Positions 26,497-36,567 are shown, counted from the stretch's first letter. The stretch is DNA of 64,000 bases from a virus (IMGVR_UViG_3300019889_000013:508-64507), one strand, 5' to 3'. Translations and numbers: made by a program. The notes: generated by a model not told the origin, from the letters alone.

Positions 26497-26994
26497 ATGC
26501 CAACGAAATACAATCCCGACACCGGCGTGCCCTATTTCATCCCGGACTTTGGCGAGGAGATCGAGGAAGGCGTCACCCCGAAGCCGACCGTGCTTTCCTC
26601 CAAAGCCGATGTGTTCAAGGGCGACAAGAAGCCGACCAAGCGGGAATACGAGAAGCTGCGCGACGGCCCCAAGGTCGAGCCCGTCGATCCCGCCCCGTAC
26701 ATCCACCCGGATGACAAGGGCAAGCTGTGGTCGAGCGAACAGGTCTACCGGATGATCGAGGCGGTCACCACCAAGGCAGGCCAACTGGTGACGCCGGACC
26801 AGTACGAGAGGCTGAAGGCCGAGATCGAGAGCATCGGCGGCGAACTCAACGCCGAACCGGCCAAGCTCGACAAGGATTGCGCCACCGACGAGGAGATCGA
26901 CGCGGTCGAGCGGATGGCCGAAGGGCGCGAGGTTCCGTACTGGCCGATGCTGCTGCGCCTGCTCAATCGCCTGCGCAAGGCTGAAGGCACATGA
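26497..26994 (+). CDS. hypothetical protein
   Basis: 165-aa ORF, GAGGAG RBS. Confidence 0.7.
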   Translation: MPTKYNPDTGVPYFIPDFGEEIEEGVTPKPTVLSSKADVFKGDKKPTKREYEKLRDGPKVEPVDPAPYIHPDDKGKLWSSEQVYRMIEAVTTKAGQLVTPDQYERLKAEIESIGGELNAEPAKLDKDCATDEEIDAVERMAEGREVPYWPMLLRLLNRLRKAEGT

Positions 26995-27179
26995 CCTCCG
27001 ACTTCTGGTATCTCATCGGCCACAACTACGAAGTCCGGGTGTTCAAGACCAAGCGGCAGGCACAGGCGATCTTGAACATGCTCGATGACGACAGCGACTA
27101 TTACCAGTTGCACAGTGGCCGCTATGGCGAGGAGTTCTCGGGCTGGATCGGCGAGGCGCGGCCCCATTCATCCGGGTGA
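26991..27179 (+). CDS. hypothetical protein
   Basis: ATGA-coupled 62-aa ORF. Confidence 0.55.
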   Translation: MTSDFWYLIGHNYEVRVFKTKRQAQAILNMLDDDSDYYQLHSGRYGEEFSGWIGEARPHSSG

Positions 27180-27243
27180 TTGCGTTTCGCGCCGGTTTGG
27201 ATGATAGTCTCGCGGTCAGAGAACTGGCTTCGAGGGGTCGACC

Positions 27244-27549
27244 ATGCCGCTATTCCTGACAGAGTACCGAGACAGCGCGAGAGATACCGGCTCGAACTTC
27301 ATCGCCGCAGGCATGGAGCCAGCCGTCGCCGAACAGCAGATCGTCGCGTCCGGAACCTCCGCCCAATCCGCCCTCTTCAACAACCAGACATCCTTCGTCA
27401 TGGTCCACGCGCAGGAAGCGGTGTGCCTGAAGTGGGGCGCTAACCCGGTTGCGGTCACCACCGCGCAGCGCATGGCGGCGGGCGAAACCCGCTATGTCGG
27501 CATCCCGGCAGGGCGCGGCTTCCGCGTCGCTGTCATCGCAGGAGTGTGA
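27244..27549 (+). CDS. conserved phage protein (possible virion component)
   Basis: LF.TEY......EPAVA.Q.....TS.QSA.F...T.FV........G.NP.A.T...RMAAG.T.Y.G. Confidence 0.7.
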   Translation: MPLFLTEYRDSARDTGSNFIAAGMEPAVAEQQIVASGTSAQSALFNNQTSFVMVHAQEAVCLKWGANPVAVTTAQRMAAGETRYVGIPAGRGFRVAVIAGV

Positions 27550-27553
27550 AATC

Positions 27554-28102
27554 ATGATGTCAGGTTCCAGAGGCGAAACGTCCGACGCCTTCACCAGCCT
27601 TCTCGGCATCGTCGGCGACCCGGCGGCCACCAAGAAACGCATCGAGCAGTTGCAGGCGGCGACCAAGGCCAACGAGGATTCACTGGTGGAACTCCAGACC
27701 AAGCGGGCCGAACTCGACACGCAGGCACTGGAACAAGGCAGGACCGACGACAAGCACTCGAAGGAACTCATCGACATCCAAGCCAAGCACGCCGAACTCG
27801 ACCGGCGCGAACGCAAGGTCATCGCCAAGGAACAGGCGCTCAAGGACGATATCGCCAAGCACGACGCCGAGAACACCACCGACCGGCAGGCCATCCTCGA
27901 CCATCAGGCCGTGATCGAAGGCTTGGCCAAGGTGACCGACGTCCGAACCGCCGAACTCGACCAGCGCGAGGCCGATCTCGATGAGCGCACCACGCAGGTG
28001 ACGGCCGACCGCGACAAGCTCGCCGCCTTCGAGGAACAGTTGCACGAACGGCAGGCCGACATCGACAAGCGCTTCGAATCATTGAAGGCGCTGGTCGGAT
28101 GA
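27554..28102 (+). CDS. coiled-coil protein
   Basis: Long heptad pattern. Confidence 0.7.
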   Translation: MMSGSRGETSDAFTSLLGIVGDPAATKKRIEQLQAATKANEDSLVELQTKRAELDTQALEQGRTDDKHSKELIDIQAKHAELDRRERKVIAKEQALKDDIAKHDAENTTDRQAILDHQAVIEGLAKVTDVRTAELDQREADLDERTTQVTADRDKLAAFEEQLHERQADIDKRFESLKALVG

Positions 28103-28335
28103 AGGGCGAGCAAGTCGGCATGGGCATGGGCAATGTGACCGTGGTCACAACGTCCGGCGGCGGCAGGCCGCCCGAGTATTTCGCCCAGCGCATCATGGAC
28201 AAGCTGATGTACGTCGGCGACAACGCCCCGGACCCGATCAAGGAGCAGGCACTGGTCTACCAGCAGAAGATGCACGCGATCATCCTCGCCGGGATCAAGG
28301 CGGCCATCGAGAGTGATCGCATCTACCGCAAATAG
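28099..28335 (+). CDS. conserved phage protein
   Basis: V.TT.G.G.PPE..A.R..DK...V.D.AP..I..QA.......AI.SDR; a family usually found upstream of MAITQA-type genes. Confidence 0.7.
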   Translation: MKGEQVGMGMGNVTVVTTSGGGRPPEYFAQRIMDKLMYVGDNAPDPIKEQALVYQQKMHAIILAGIKAAIESDRIYRK

Positions 28336-28350
28336 GAAGGACGTCCGACT

Positions 28351-28794
28351 ATGGCCCCCACCCAAGCCATCTGCACCACATTCAAGCAGGAGCTTATGAC
28401 CGCCCTGCACAACTTCACCACCGCCGCGCACGCCTTCAAGATGGCACTGGTCACGTCGGCCTCGACCATCTCCGGGGCGACCGACCACTATTCCGGCGGC
28501 ACCAACAACATCTCCAGCGAGGTCGCATCCGGCGGCAACTACACCACCGGCGGCGCGGCGCTGACCAATGTCACGCCGACCGTGTCCTCGACCACGGCGC
28601 TGACCGACTTTGCCGACGCGACATGGGCGACATCGACCATCACCGCCAGAGGCGCGCTGATCTACAACACCACCTCGTCCAACCGCTCGGTGCTGGTCTT
28701 GGACTTCGGTTCGGACAAGTCGAGTTCCGCCGGGGATTTCACCGTGGTGTTTCCGGCAGCGGACGCATCCAACGCCATCATCCGCATCGCTTGA
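28351..28794 (+). CDS. putative virion structural protein (MAxTQAxCTxFKxEL family)
   Basis: FK.AL...YT.GG..L...TP.......DFAD.TW...TITARGALIYN......V.VLDFG.DK.S..GDFT..FP.ADA.NAIIRIA. Confidence 0.8.
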   Translation: MAPTQAICTTFKQELMTALHNFTTAAHAFKMALVTSASTISGATDHYSGGTNNISSEVASGGNYTTGGAALTNVTPTVSSTTALTDFADATWATSTITARGALIYNTTSSNRSVLVLDFGSDKSSSAGDFTVVFPAADASNAIIRIA

Positions 28795-28805
28795 TCCGAT
28801 GACAG

Positions 28806-31800
28806 ATGGCATGGTCCTTCGTCGGCGTTAGCACAACAGTCACCGCGACAGCATCGCCGATAGTCCTGACCATGCCTGCGGGTACGCAGGAAGGCGATCT
28901 ATTAATCGCCCACATCGCCTACCGCATCGCCTCGACCACGGCGATCACCAAGCCAGCCGACTGGATACTGGCGGCGACCGACCGGCTCAACAACGACGTC
29001 ACCACCACCACCTCGTCGCTGTCCTCCGCCATGATGGCCTACTGCGTCAAGGGTCCGACCGATCCCGGCCTGTCGTTCGCCTTCCCGACCACCCCCAGCA
29101 TCGCGCTCGGCACCATCGTCGCCTATCGCGGCAACGCCCCGACCAATGTGCTGAATGTCGCCATCGCGGCCAACGCGGCGGCCAACACCACGGCGCTCAA
29201 TGCCACCGGCGTGACGACGACCACGACCGATGCCCTGCTCGTCGCCGCGATGGCGGGTGGCTCGGCCGGGACGTGGAGCGTCTACAAGACCACCACGCCG
29301 GGAACCGCCGCCAGCGGTGGCAGCGTCACCACCGCGCCATCCGATACGACATGGAAGCAGCGGGCAGGCAACACCACGACGACCGGCGCGGACACGGCCC
29401 AGTACATCTACGACGCGCTCAAGGTCGTGGCGGGTGCGACCGGCAACCAGACCGCGACGATCTCGTCCGGGGCGCGGCCCTCCAGTGCGCTGGCTTCGTT
29501 CAAGCAGCCGGTGCTGAATATCGAGAACGGCTGGAGCCAAGGCGACAAGATCGCCACCGTCGTCCTTTCCGGCCACGACAAGATCGCCGCAGGCCTGACC
29601 ACCACCGGCGTGCGCTCGACCAAGGCGTACCTGCCCGGAACGGCGGGCAAGTATTATGGCGAAGTCTGCGTCACCGGCACGACGCCCAGTGCCTGCCGCA
29701 TCGGCATCGCGCCGATCACCAATGCGCTGACCGCCACCACCGCCAACATGAACGTCAACGGGACAAACGGCTCGATCTTCGTCAATGCCGTCGACACCAC
29801 GCTGACGGTCGGGGCGACCGCCCTCGTCGCCAACGACGTCATCTGCATCGCATGGGATGCGGGCGCGGAACTGATCTGGTTCCGCAAGAACGGCGGCAAC
29901 TGGAACAACAACGCCACGCATGACCCGGCCACCGGCGTCGGCGGCATCTCCTGCTCGTTCGCCCCGAACACGGTCTATCACGCGCTGTCGGCGACCTTCA
30001 CCGGCACCCTGACCGCGACCATCCGCACGCAAGTCGGCGAGTTCACCCAGAGCGTCCCGTCCGGCTTTGCCGCGTGGGCACCAACCCACGTCGATGCCCC
30101 GATACGCGGCGTCGACTACCTCAAGAACCCGGCGTGGACGGCAGGCGCGACCACCACGATGTCGATTGCTGGCGGCAAGGCGAGGGCGACGGCCACCGAC
30201 AGCGTCGCCAACAACCCGCGCCTTGCCAAGACCATGACCGGCCTGACCATCGGCCGCGTCTACGAGGTTTCCGGCGGCAACGTCTACATGGGCACGACGC
30301 CTACGCCGCAAGTCTATGTCCGCGTCAGCGATACGGTGCTGCTCGATGCGGCCTCGTCGCGCTACAACGTCGGCGAGACGGCCGACGCCGACCCGCAGAG
30401 CTTCACCTTCACCGCGACGCAGACCACCCACTATTTCGGCTTCATCCCGGTCTGTAACGCCAATGGCCAGTACGGTGAACTCACCGACACGATCCAGTGC
30501 TTCGAGGACACGCCGGTCGGTAACGACGTCGGCATGGCCATCACCTGCGGCAGCGTCACCGTCTCGACCCCGGCGGGCGGCCCCGATGTGTCTGTCAACG
30601 TCACCAGCCCCGGCGCGCTGACGGTTACGCTCGGCAACGAATCTGTCGTCGGCAAGGCCAATGCCGTCATTGCCAGTGTTCCCGGCCTGACCTCTGCGGT
30701 CGGCACGGTCTATATCCCGACCGCCTATACGACGCTCAACCCGCTCGACAAGAAGAATGTCAACGTCGTCCTGTCCAACGGCAACCTCACCGTCAGCGGC
30801 AGCGACGTAAGCAACAACTGGGTGCGCTCGACCACGGCCAAGACCGGCAAGCGCTACGTCGAGTTCACCACCACCACCGTCGCCAATTCCATCAACGGCA
30901 TCTCCGACCTGTCGGCGCTGACCTACCCCGGTGCCGACGCCCATTCCTTCGGCCAGTTCGCCAACGGCGCGGGCTCGATCAACGGCACCTTCCCGGCATG
31001 GGGGCCGACCTACGCTTCCGGCGACGTCTTGGGCATGGCCGTCGATTTGACCGCCAAGCTGGTGTGGTATCGCGTCGGCGCGGGATCATGGAACGCGGGC
31101 GGCACCGCCAATCCTGCGACAGGCGTCGGTGGCTGGGACATCTCGCTCTATACCGGCACGCCGCACCACCTCGTCGTCAGCGGCGATACCGGCATGGTCA
31201 CCACCGTCAACTTCGGTGGTACCGCCTTCGCCAACACCGCCCCGGCCGCCTTCATTGCTTGGGACGCGGTGCCCGCCGTCGATGTCAGCGTCAACGTCAC
31301 CGGCAACGCCTTGACCATCAGCCAAGGTGACGAGACGGTCGTCGGCAAGGCCAATGCCACCATCTCGATGCTGGCCAACGGCATGACCGCCACGCTCGGC
31401 GACGAGAGCGTCACCGCCAACCAGAGCGTGTCGACCACGATCTCGGCGGTGCCGGGGATGACCATCACGGCGGGCACGGCCACGGCGTCGGCGGTGATCC
31501 ACGTTTCGACCAACGTCACCGGCAATGCACTGGCGATCAGCCTTGGCGACGAGACGGTGGTGATCGAGGCCGATGTCGCCGTCACCATGTCATCCCTCAA
31601 CATATCACTCGGCAATGAGAGCGTGACCGGCATTGCCAATGTCGCCGCGACCAGCCCGCCGCTGGTGATCACACTCGGCGACGCCTTCGCTTCGGTGCCG
31701 GAAATTGCCGAGGTCAGCGGCTTCGAACTCGACATCGACATCGGCGACGCAAGCGTGTCACTGCCCAAGACCGTCAACGTCAGCGGCAACTTCATGCTGG

Positions 31801-32240
31801 CTTCACTCGGTTCGGTTGCGGTTGCGGGCGGTGCCGGGGCGGTGGTCACGGCGATGCCAGCGCTGACATCGAGCCTTGGCAACGAGAACGTGATCGGCAC
31901 GGCCAACGTCGACATCACCGGCATTCCGCTTGCCATCACACTCGGCGACGAGGTGGCCAGCGGCAACGCCATCGTCGCCGTCACCAGCCCCGCATTGCTC
32001 ACCGTGGGGCTCGGAGACGAGGTGGTCAGGCTCAACACCGCGATCCCTGTCAGCGGCTTTGGGCTCACCGCATCGACCGCCAATCCGGGCGGTATTTCGG
32101 TTAATTTCTCAATCAGCGTTATAGTCACGGGATTCCGACTGACGGTCTTGATCGGCAGTCAGGTCTACGTTCCCCAAGCGTCGTCACCCATCCAGCGCGA
32201 GGGCATCATGAAAACGATGGCCAACATGATGGGCAATTAG
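28806..32240 (+). CDS. large fibre/adhesin-like protein with two SPRY/lectin-like domains and C-terminal beta repeats
   Basis: Thr/Ala-rich; two VRST..K.GK.Y.E...DV...A.D.....W.R...W......PATGVGG domains; repeated V.VTG.AL...LGDE.V motifs. Confidence 0.75.
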   Translation: MAWSFVGVSTTVTATASPIVLTMPAGTQEGDLLIAHIAYRIASTTAITKPADWILAATDRLNNDVTTTTSSLSSAMMAYCVKGPTDPGLSFAFPTTPSIALGTIVAYRGNAPTNVLNVAIAANAAANTTALNATGVTTTTTDALLVAAMAGGSAGTWSVYKTTTPGTAASGGSVTTAPSDTTWKQRAGNTTTTGADTAQYIYDALKVVAGATGNQTATISSGARPSSALASFKQPVLNIENGWSQGDKIATVVLSGHDKIAAGLTTTGVRSTKAYLPGTAGKYYGEVCVTGTTPSACRIGIAPITNALTATTANMNVNGTNGSIFVNAVDTTLTVGATALVANDVICIAWDAGAELIWFRKNGGNWNNNATHDPATGVGGISCSFAPNTVYHALSATFTGTLTATIRTQVGEFTQSVPSGFAAWAPTHVDAPIRGVDYLKNPAWTAGATTTMSIAGGKARATATDSVANNPRLAKTMTGLTIGRVYEVSGGNVYMGTTPTPQVYVRVSDTVLLDAASSRYNVGETADADPQSFTFTATQTTHYFGFIPVCNANGQYGELTDTIQCFEDTPVGNDVGMAITCGSVTVSTPAGGPDVSVNVTSPGALTVTLGNESVVGKANAVIASVPGLTSAVGTVYIPTAYTTLNPLDKKNVNVVLSNGNLTVSGSDVSNNWVRSTTAKTGKRYVEFTTTTVANSINGISDLSALTYPGADAHSFGQFANGAGSINGTFPAWGPTYASGDVLGMAVDLTAKLVWYRVGAGSWNAGGTANPATGVGGWDISLYTGTPHHLVVSGDTGMVTTVNFGGTAFANTAPAAFIAWDAVPAVDVSVNVTGNALTISQGDETVVGKANATISMLANGMTATLGDESVTANQSVSTTISAVPGMTITAGTATASAVIHVSTNVTGNALAISLGDETVVIEADVAVTMSSLNISLGNESVTGIANVAATSPPLVITLGDAFASVPEIAEVSGFELDIDIGDASVSLPKTVNVSGNFMLASLGSVAVAGGAGAVVTAMPALTSSLGNENVIGTANVDITGIPLAITLGDEVASGNAIVAVTSPALLTVGLGDEVVRLNTAIPVSGFGLTASTANPGGISVNFSISVIVTGFRLTVLIGSQVYVPQASSPIQREGIMKTMANMMGN

Positions 32241-32251
32241 GAGGGGTTCCT

Positions 32252-32473
32252 ATGATCAGCGCATTGATAACACTCATCATTTACCTGATGGTTCTCGGGC
32301 TGTTGTACTGGCTGGTGATCTACGTCATCGACACCATCCCGATCCCCGACCCGCCCGCCCGCATCATCAAGATTTGCCTGATGGTGCTGATGGTGCTGAT
32401 CATCGTCGTGCTCCTGCTCAACATCTTGGGCGGCGGAACCAATCTCAACATCCCCAAGATCAGTGTGCAGTGA
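32252..32473 (+). CDS. small membrane protein (Thivi_2564-like)
   Basis: LI..II...V.GLLYW.....P...P...II.....L; two TM segments. Confidence 0.7.
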   Translation: MISALITLIIYLMVLGLLYWLVIYVIDTIPIPDPPARIIKICLMVLMVLIIVVLLLNILGGGTNLNIPKISVQ

Positions 32474-33222
32474 TGGGAGAAGTTTCCTCTTCGCGCTACA
32501 TCGTGCAGGCCGGATGGGACTCAGTTCCTCATCTGGATGAAGCCACCAAGCGGGAACTGCTCGAATCGACACCGGAATACCTGCGCGACGCCCGCTCGAA
32601 GGGCGAACCGACAATGGGCTCGGGGGTGATCTACCCGATCCCGATCTCCGACATCGAGGTCAAGCCGTTCGCCATCCCCTTCGGCTGGAAGAAAGCCTAT
32701 GCGCTCGATGTCGGCTGGAACCGCACCGCCGCCTTGTGGGGTGCGCAGAACCCGGTCGACGGTACGATCTATCTCTACTCGGAACACTACAAGGGCCAGC
32801 AACTCCCGGTCGTGCATGCCACCGCCATCAAGGCGCGCGGCGAGTGGATCAGGGGGTGCATCGATCCGGCGGCGAAGGGCTCATCCCAGAAGGACGGCAA
32901 GCAACTCAAGGCCGAATACCAGTCGCTCGGCCTCATCCTCACCGACGCCAACAACGAACTGGAGGCCGGTCTGGTCGCGGTCTGGCAGGCGCTGTCGCTG
33001 GGGCAACTCAAGATTTTCTCGACATTGCAGTCGTTAAAGGCCGAATACCGGGTCTACCAGCGCGACGAGCACGGCAAGATCAAGGATGGTCAGGCCGACC
33101 ACCTGATGGATGACATGCGCTATCTGTGGCGCACATGGTCGAAGATCGCCACACTGCCGCCGCTGAAGATCAGCCGGGGCGGATCAGGCATGGAAAACGC
33201 GGATCAAAGGGCAGGGTACTAA
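32473..33222 (+). CDS. terL: terminase large subunit, C-terminal lid plus RNase H-like nuclease part
   Basis: WD.VPHL....K.EL....P...RDARSKG.P.MGSG.IYP, A.DVGWN.TAA.W, IDPAA, DHLMD..RY; ATG overlaps the upstream stop (TGATG). Confidence 0.9.
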   Translation: MGEVSSSRYIVQAGWDSVPHLDEATKRELLESTPEYLRDARSKGEPTMGSGVIYPIPISDIEVKPFAIPFGWKKAYALDVGWNRTAALWGAQNPVDGTIYLYSEHYKGQQLPVVHATAIKARGEWIRGCIDPAAKGSSQKDGKQLKAEYQSLGLILTDANNELEAGLVAVWQALSLGQLKIFSTLQSLKAEYRVYQRDEHGKIKDGQADHLMDDMRYLWRTWSKIATLPPLKISRGGSGMENADQRAGY

Positions 33223-33223
33223 G

Positions 33224-35656
33224 ATGGCCGACATGATGACGATGAACCCACCGGCGCAAAATATGCAACTGCCGGAAAGCCTCGCCCCGGAACAGCAGCT
33301 AAGGCCGCCATCCCGCGACAAGCTCAAGGAGATCGTCGGCCGCATGGAGGCGGAAGTCACCGCCCGCATCGGCAAGCGCACCAATCTGGAGGAGCGCTGG
33401 ATTGCCGATCTGGAGCAGTACCACGGGCGCTATGACCCGCCGACCGCCAAGGTCTTGTTCGAGGAGCAGCGCTCGGGCCTGTTCATCAATGCCACCCGGC
33501 CAAAGACCGACGCGCTCGGGGCGCGGCTCAAAGACCTGTTGTTTCCGACCGACGAGAAGAACTGGGGTATCTCGCCGACGCCGGTGCCGACACTGGCCGA
33601 GAGTGCCGAGAAGGCCGCCGCCGATTTCCGCGCCAAGCAGGAGCAGGCCAAGGCGGCGCAGGAGCAACAGGCAACGGCGGCCGAAGCGGGCGCACCGCCG
33701 GACCAGCAGGCGCAGTTGACTCAACAGGCGACGCAGCAACAGGCGCAGGCCGACGAGGCCAAGGAAGCAGCATCGGTGCTGGCAGCGCGGCTGGAGGAAG
33801 GCCGCAAGCGCTCCGACCTGATGGAGAAGGAGATCGATGACCAGTTGAAGGAATGCCTGTACCAGTCGGTCAAGCGCGACCAGATCGACTGCGCGGTCAA
33901 GCTCGGCACCGGCGTGACCAAGGGGCCGGTGACGGGCGACAAGGTGCGGCGCGGCTGGAAGGCCGACCCGCAGACAGGCGAGCACAAGCTTGACGTCTCG
34001 ACCGGGCAGCAACCGGCCTACCGCTATGTCGACCTGTGGGGATTCTTCCCGGACATGGACGCCACCAAGATCGAGGACGGCAACGGCACCTTCGAGCGCC
34101 ATTTGATGAACCGGCGCATGCTCAGACAGCTTGCCGTGCTCGAAGGCTTCGACAAGGATTCAATCCGCCGCCTGCTCCAGCTTGCGCCGTCAACGTCGGC
34201 CCCGGCTTACCTTGCGCAACTCCGCAACATCCGCGCCGCAACCCAGCAGGTGACCGGCGATCTCTACCATGTGTTCGAATATTACGGGCCGCTCGAACCG
34301 CAGGACATGCAGGACATCGCGCTGTGGATGATGCAAAGCCAAGACGAGACGGTCAACGGCATCGCCAAGGAAGGCTTGAGCCAAGTGGCGGAAGTCGACC
34401 CGCTGGCGTCGGTCAACGCCTGCATCTGGTTCTGTCAGGGCGAGATATTGAAGTTCGCGCTCTACCCCTACGACAGCGGCGAGTGCATCTATTCGGTGTT
34501 CAACCTTGTCAAGGACGAGGCCTCGATCTTCGGCTATGGCATGCCGTCGATCATCCGCGATCCGCAGTCGGCGTTGAACGGCGCGTTCCGGGCGATGATG
34601 GACAATGCCGGGGTTTCCTCCGGGCCGCAGGTGATCATCGACACGCAGAACATCGAACCGGAGGACGGCGACTACCGGCTCAAGGCACGCAAGGTGTGGA
34701 AGGCCAAGAACGGCATCCAGAAGGAAAACCCGCCATTCCAGTTGTTCCACATCGAAACCCGGCAGAACGAACTCGCCAACATCATCGTCCTGTGCGAACG
34801 CTTCATCGACAACATGTCGGCGATGCCGCAGGTGATACAGGGGCAGCAGGGCGAGGTCGGCACCAACAACGCGCAGAACACCGCGACCGGCATGGCGCTG
34901 ATGCACAACTCCGCCAACACGGTGTTCCGCTCCATCGTCAAGAACTTCGATGACGACGTGACCACGCCGGACATCCGCCGCGCCTACGACTGGAACATGC
35001 AGTTCAACGAGAAGCCCGAGATCAAGGGCGACTTCGAGGTCGACGCACGCGGCAGTAGCGTCTTGCTGATGCGCGAATTGCAGGCGCAGAACCTGATGGT
35101 GATCGCCATCCAACTCGGCGGCCACCCGATCTTCGGGCCGATGCTGCGCAACCGCGAACTCCTCAAAAAGATATTCCAAGCCTACATGATCCCGGCCGAC
35201 GAGGTGATGCTCTCCGACGACGAGATCGATGCGATTCTGGCGGCGGCAGCGCAGAACAACGAGGCGGCAGCGGCGGCCAAGGCGCAGGCCGAAGCCGACG
35301 AGAAGAAGCTCGCACTGGAGAACCACAAGCTCGAAATGCAGGTGGCGCTGGCCAACCAGTCGAACGCCTCGAAGGAGCGCATCGCCAAGATGAACTACGA
35401 TGCGCAGATGAACATGACCGCCGCCAAGCTCAACATGTCGGTGCAGGAACTCGAAGCCATGCTGGCGGGCAAGGAGATGGACGTCGCCTCGAAGGAGCGC
35501 ATCTTCGCCTCCGAAGTCGGGGTCGAGCAGAAGAACGCCGAAGCCGCCCGCGCCAGAGGCGAGGAGCCGCAGGGATCAGGCGGTTATGTCGCCGGTGGCG
35601 GGTCGGCCGCGCCAGCAAAACCGGCCAAGCCGGTGGAACAGAGAGCGCCGTATTGA
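33224..35656 (+). CDS. portal protein
   Basis: 810 aa directly after terL; EERW..D..QY.G.YD, F.N.TRPK...ARL.D.LFP...NWGI, S.FGYG.P, TATGMA.L, IKGDF.VDARGSS.L. Confidence 0.88.
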   Translation: MADMMTMNPPAQNMQLPESLAPEQQLRPPSRDKLKEIVGRMEAEVTARIGKRTNLEERWIADLEQYHGRYDPPTAKVLFEEQRSGLFINATRPKTDALGARLKDLLFPTDEKNWGISPTPVPTLAESAEKAAADFRAKQEQAKAAQEQQATAAEAGAPPDQQAQLTQQATQQQAQADEAKEAASVLAARLEEGRKRSDLMEKEIDDQLKECLYQSVKRDQIDCAVKLGTGVTKGPVTGDKVRRGWKADPQTGEHKLDVSTGQQPAYRYVDLWGFFPDMDATKIEDGNGTFERHLMNRRMLRQLAVLEGFDKDSIRRLLQLAPSTSAPAYLAQLRNIRAATQQVTGDLYHVFEYYGPLEPQDMQDIALWMMQSQDETVNGIAKEGLSQVAEVDPLASVNACIWFCQGEILKFALYPYDSGECIYSVFNLVKDEASIFGYGMPSIIRDPQSALNGAFRAMMDNAGVSSGPQVIIDTQNIEPEDGDYRLKARKVWKAKNGIQKENPPFQLFHIETRQNELANIIVLCERFIDNMSAMPQVIQGQQGEVGTNNAQNTATGMALMHNSANTVFRSIVKNFDDDVTTPDIRRAYDWNMQFNEKPEIKGDFEVDARGSSVLLMRELQAQNLMVIAIQLGGHPIFGPMLRNRELLKKIFQAYMIPADEVMLSDDEIDAILAAAAQNNEAAAAAKAQAEADEKKLALENHKLEMQVALANQSNASKERIAKMNYDAQMNMTAAKLNMSVQELEAMLAGKEMDVASKERIFASEVGVEQKNAEAARARGEEPQGSGGYVAGGGSAAPAKPAKPVEQRAPY

Positions 35657-35899
35657 TGCGCCGGTTGCTCAGATGGTTCGGATGGATCGACCGCAAGCCG
35701 GGAGACATGTGGCCGTTTCCGTTCGCCGGTCTTGAACCGGGACCAAAGGGGAAAAAATGAAGGAGGGACCAGACGAAGATGACGAACTGTTCCGCCCGAA
35801 AAAACGACCAGACCGGACGGTATTCTGGACCATCGTCTGCGTCATCTACACCTTCATCATGCTTGCCGGGATCATCTGGTATGGAAGGGATTTGAGCCA

Positions 35900-36106
35900 A
35901 TGACCAAGAAGCTGTTCGAGAAAAAAGGTAAAGCCATCATCATGGACCGCCGCGAAGCGTGGGACGGTATCTGCGAACTGTGCGGCAAAGCGGACGATCT
36001 CAGGCCATACGGCCCCAACAACGAGATGATCTGCTACGACTGCGGCATGAAGGACGAGGCGACGACCGCCCGCAAGTTTGAAGAGTTCATGCGGGGGCAG
36101 GCATGA
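35900..36106 (+). CDS. Zn-ribbon hypothetical protein
   Basis: CELCG...LRPYGP..E.IC..C. Confidence 0.7.
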   Translation: MTKKLFEKKGKAIIMDRREAWDGICELCGKADDLRPYGPNNEMICYDCGMKDEATTARKFEEFMRGQA

Positions 36107-36321
36107 GCAAGACGGAAGCCGACCCGGACTATGCCGCCGCCATCGAGGCGATGAAATCGCAGTTGCTCATCGTGCTGGTGCGCCGCCTCAAGGGCAAGGT
36201 GACCATTCCGGTCAAGGAGATCGATGACACCGGCAGGTTCGTCATGATGATGCGGATGGACGCGGCCACCGGCTCGTTCCACTTCGAGGTCATCGAGAAA
36301 GGACAGGGAGGCACAGCATGA
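36103..36321 (+). CDS. hypothetical protein
   Basis: K.QLLIVL..RL.G...IPV.EID.TG. Confidence 0.7.
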   Translation: MSKTEADPDYAAAIEAMKSQLLIVLVRRLKGKVTIPVKEIDDTGRFVMMMRMDAATGSFHFEVIEKGQGGTA

Positions 36322-36551
36322 GCGTCGATGTCTATACCGACACATGGCGCGAGGTGATCGCCAAGACCACCGCGATCATCGATCAGGCGCGCGGGCGGCT
36401 GGAGCAGAACGACCAGAGCCATGCCGACAGCCAGTTCCAGCGCGGGCGCATCGCCGCCTGCCGCGAGATACTGGCGCTGGTCGAGCCAGAGGTCAGACCG
36501 GCCAGCAAGACACCAGAGGAATTAAGGCCCCGCGACCGTAGCGGGATTTGA
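36318..36551 (+). CDS. small head-module protein
   Basis: TW..V.......R..LE........RGRIA..REIL.L, typical of the gene between portal and scaffold. Confidence 0.7.
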   Translation: MSVDVYTDTWREVIAKTTAIIDQARGRLEQNDQSHADSQFQRGRIAACREILALVEPEVRPASKTPEELRPRDRSGI

Positions 36552-36567
36552 GACGAGGGATGGAACC

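Noticed and set aside
32374-32472. ORF-track N-terminal extension of the terL C-part
   Set aside because: It overlaps the membrane gene 32252-32473 and has no terminase similarity; ATG 32473 is the better start.
24940-32520. Intron, intein or excisable element interrupting terL
   Set aside because: No homing endonuclease, reverse transcriptase, recombinase or intein motifs. The short shared words at the junctions (tgggac, ctaca) are in different frames, and the C-part has its own coupled start. Not excluded experimentally.
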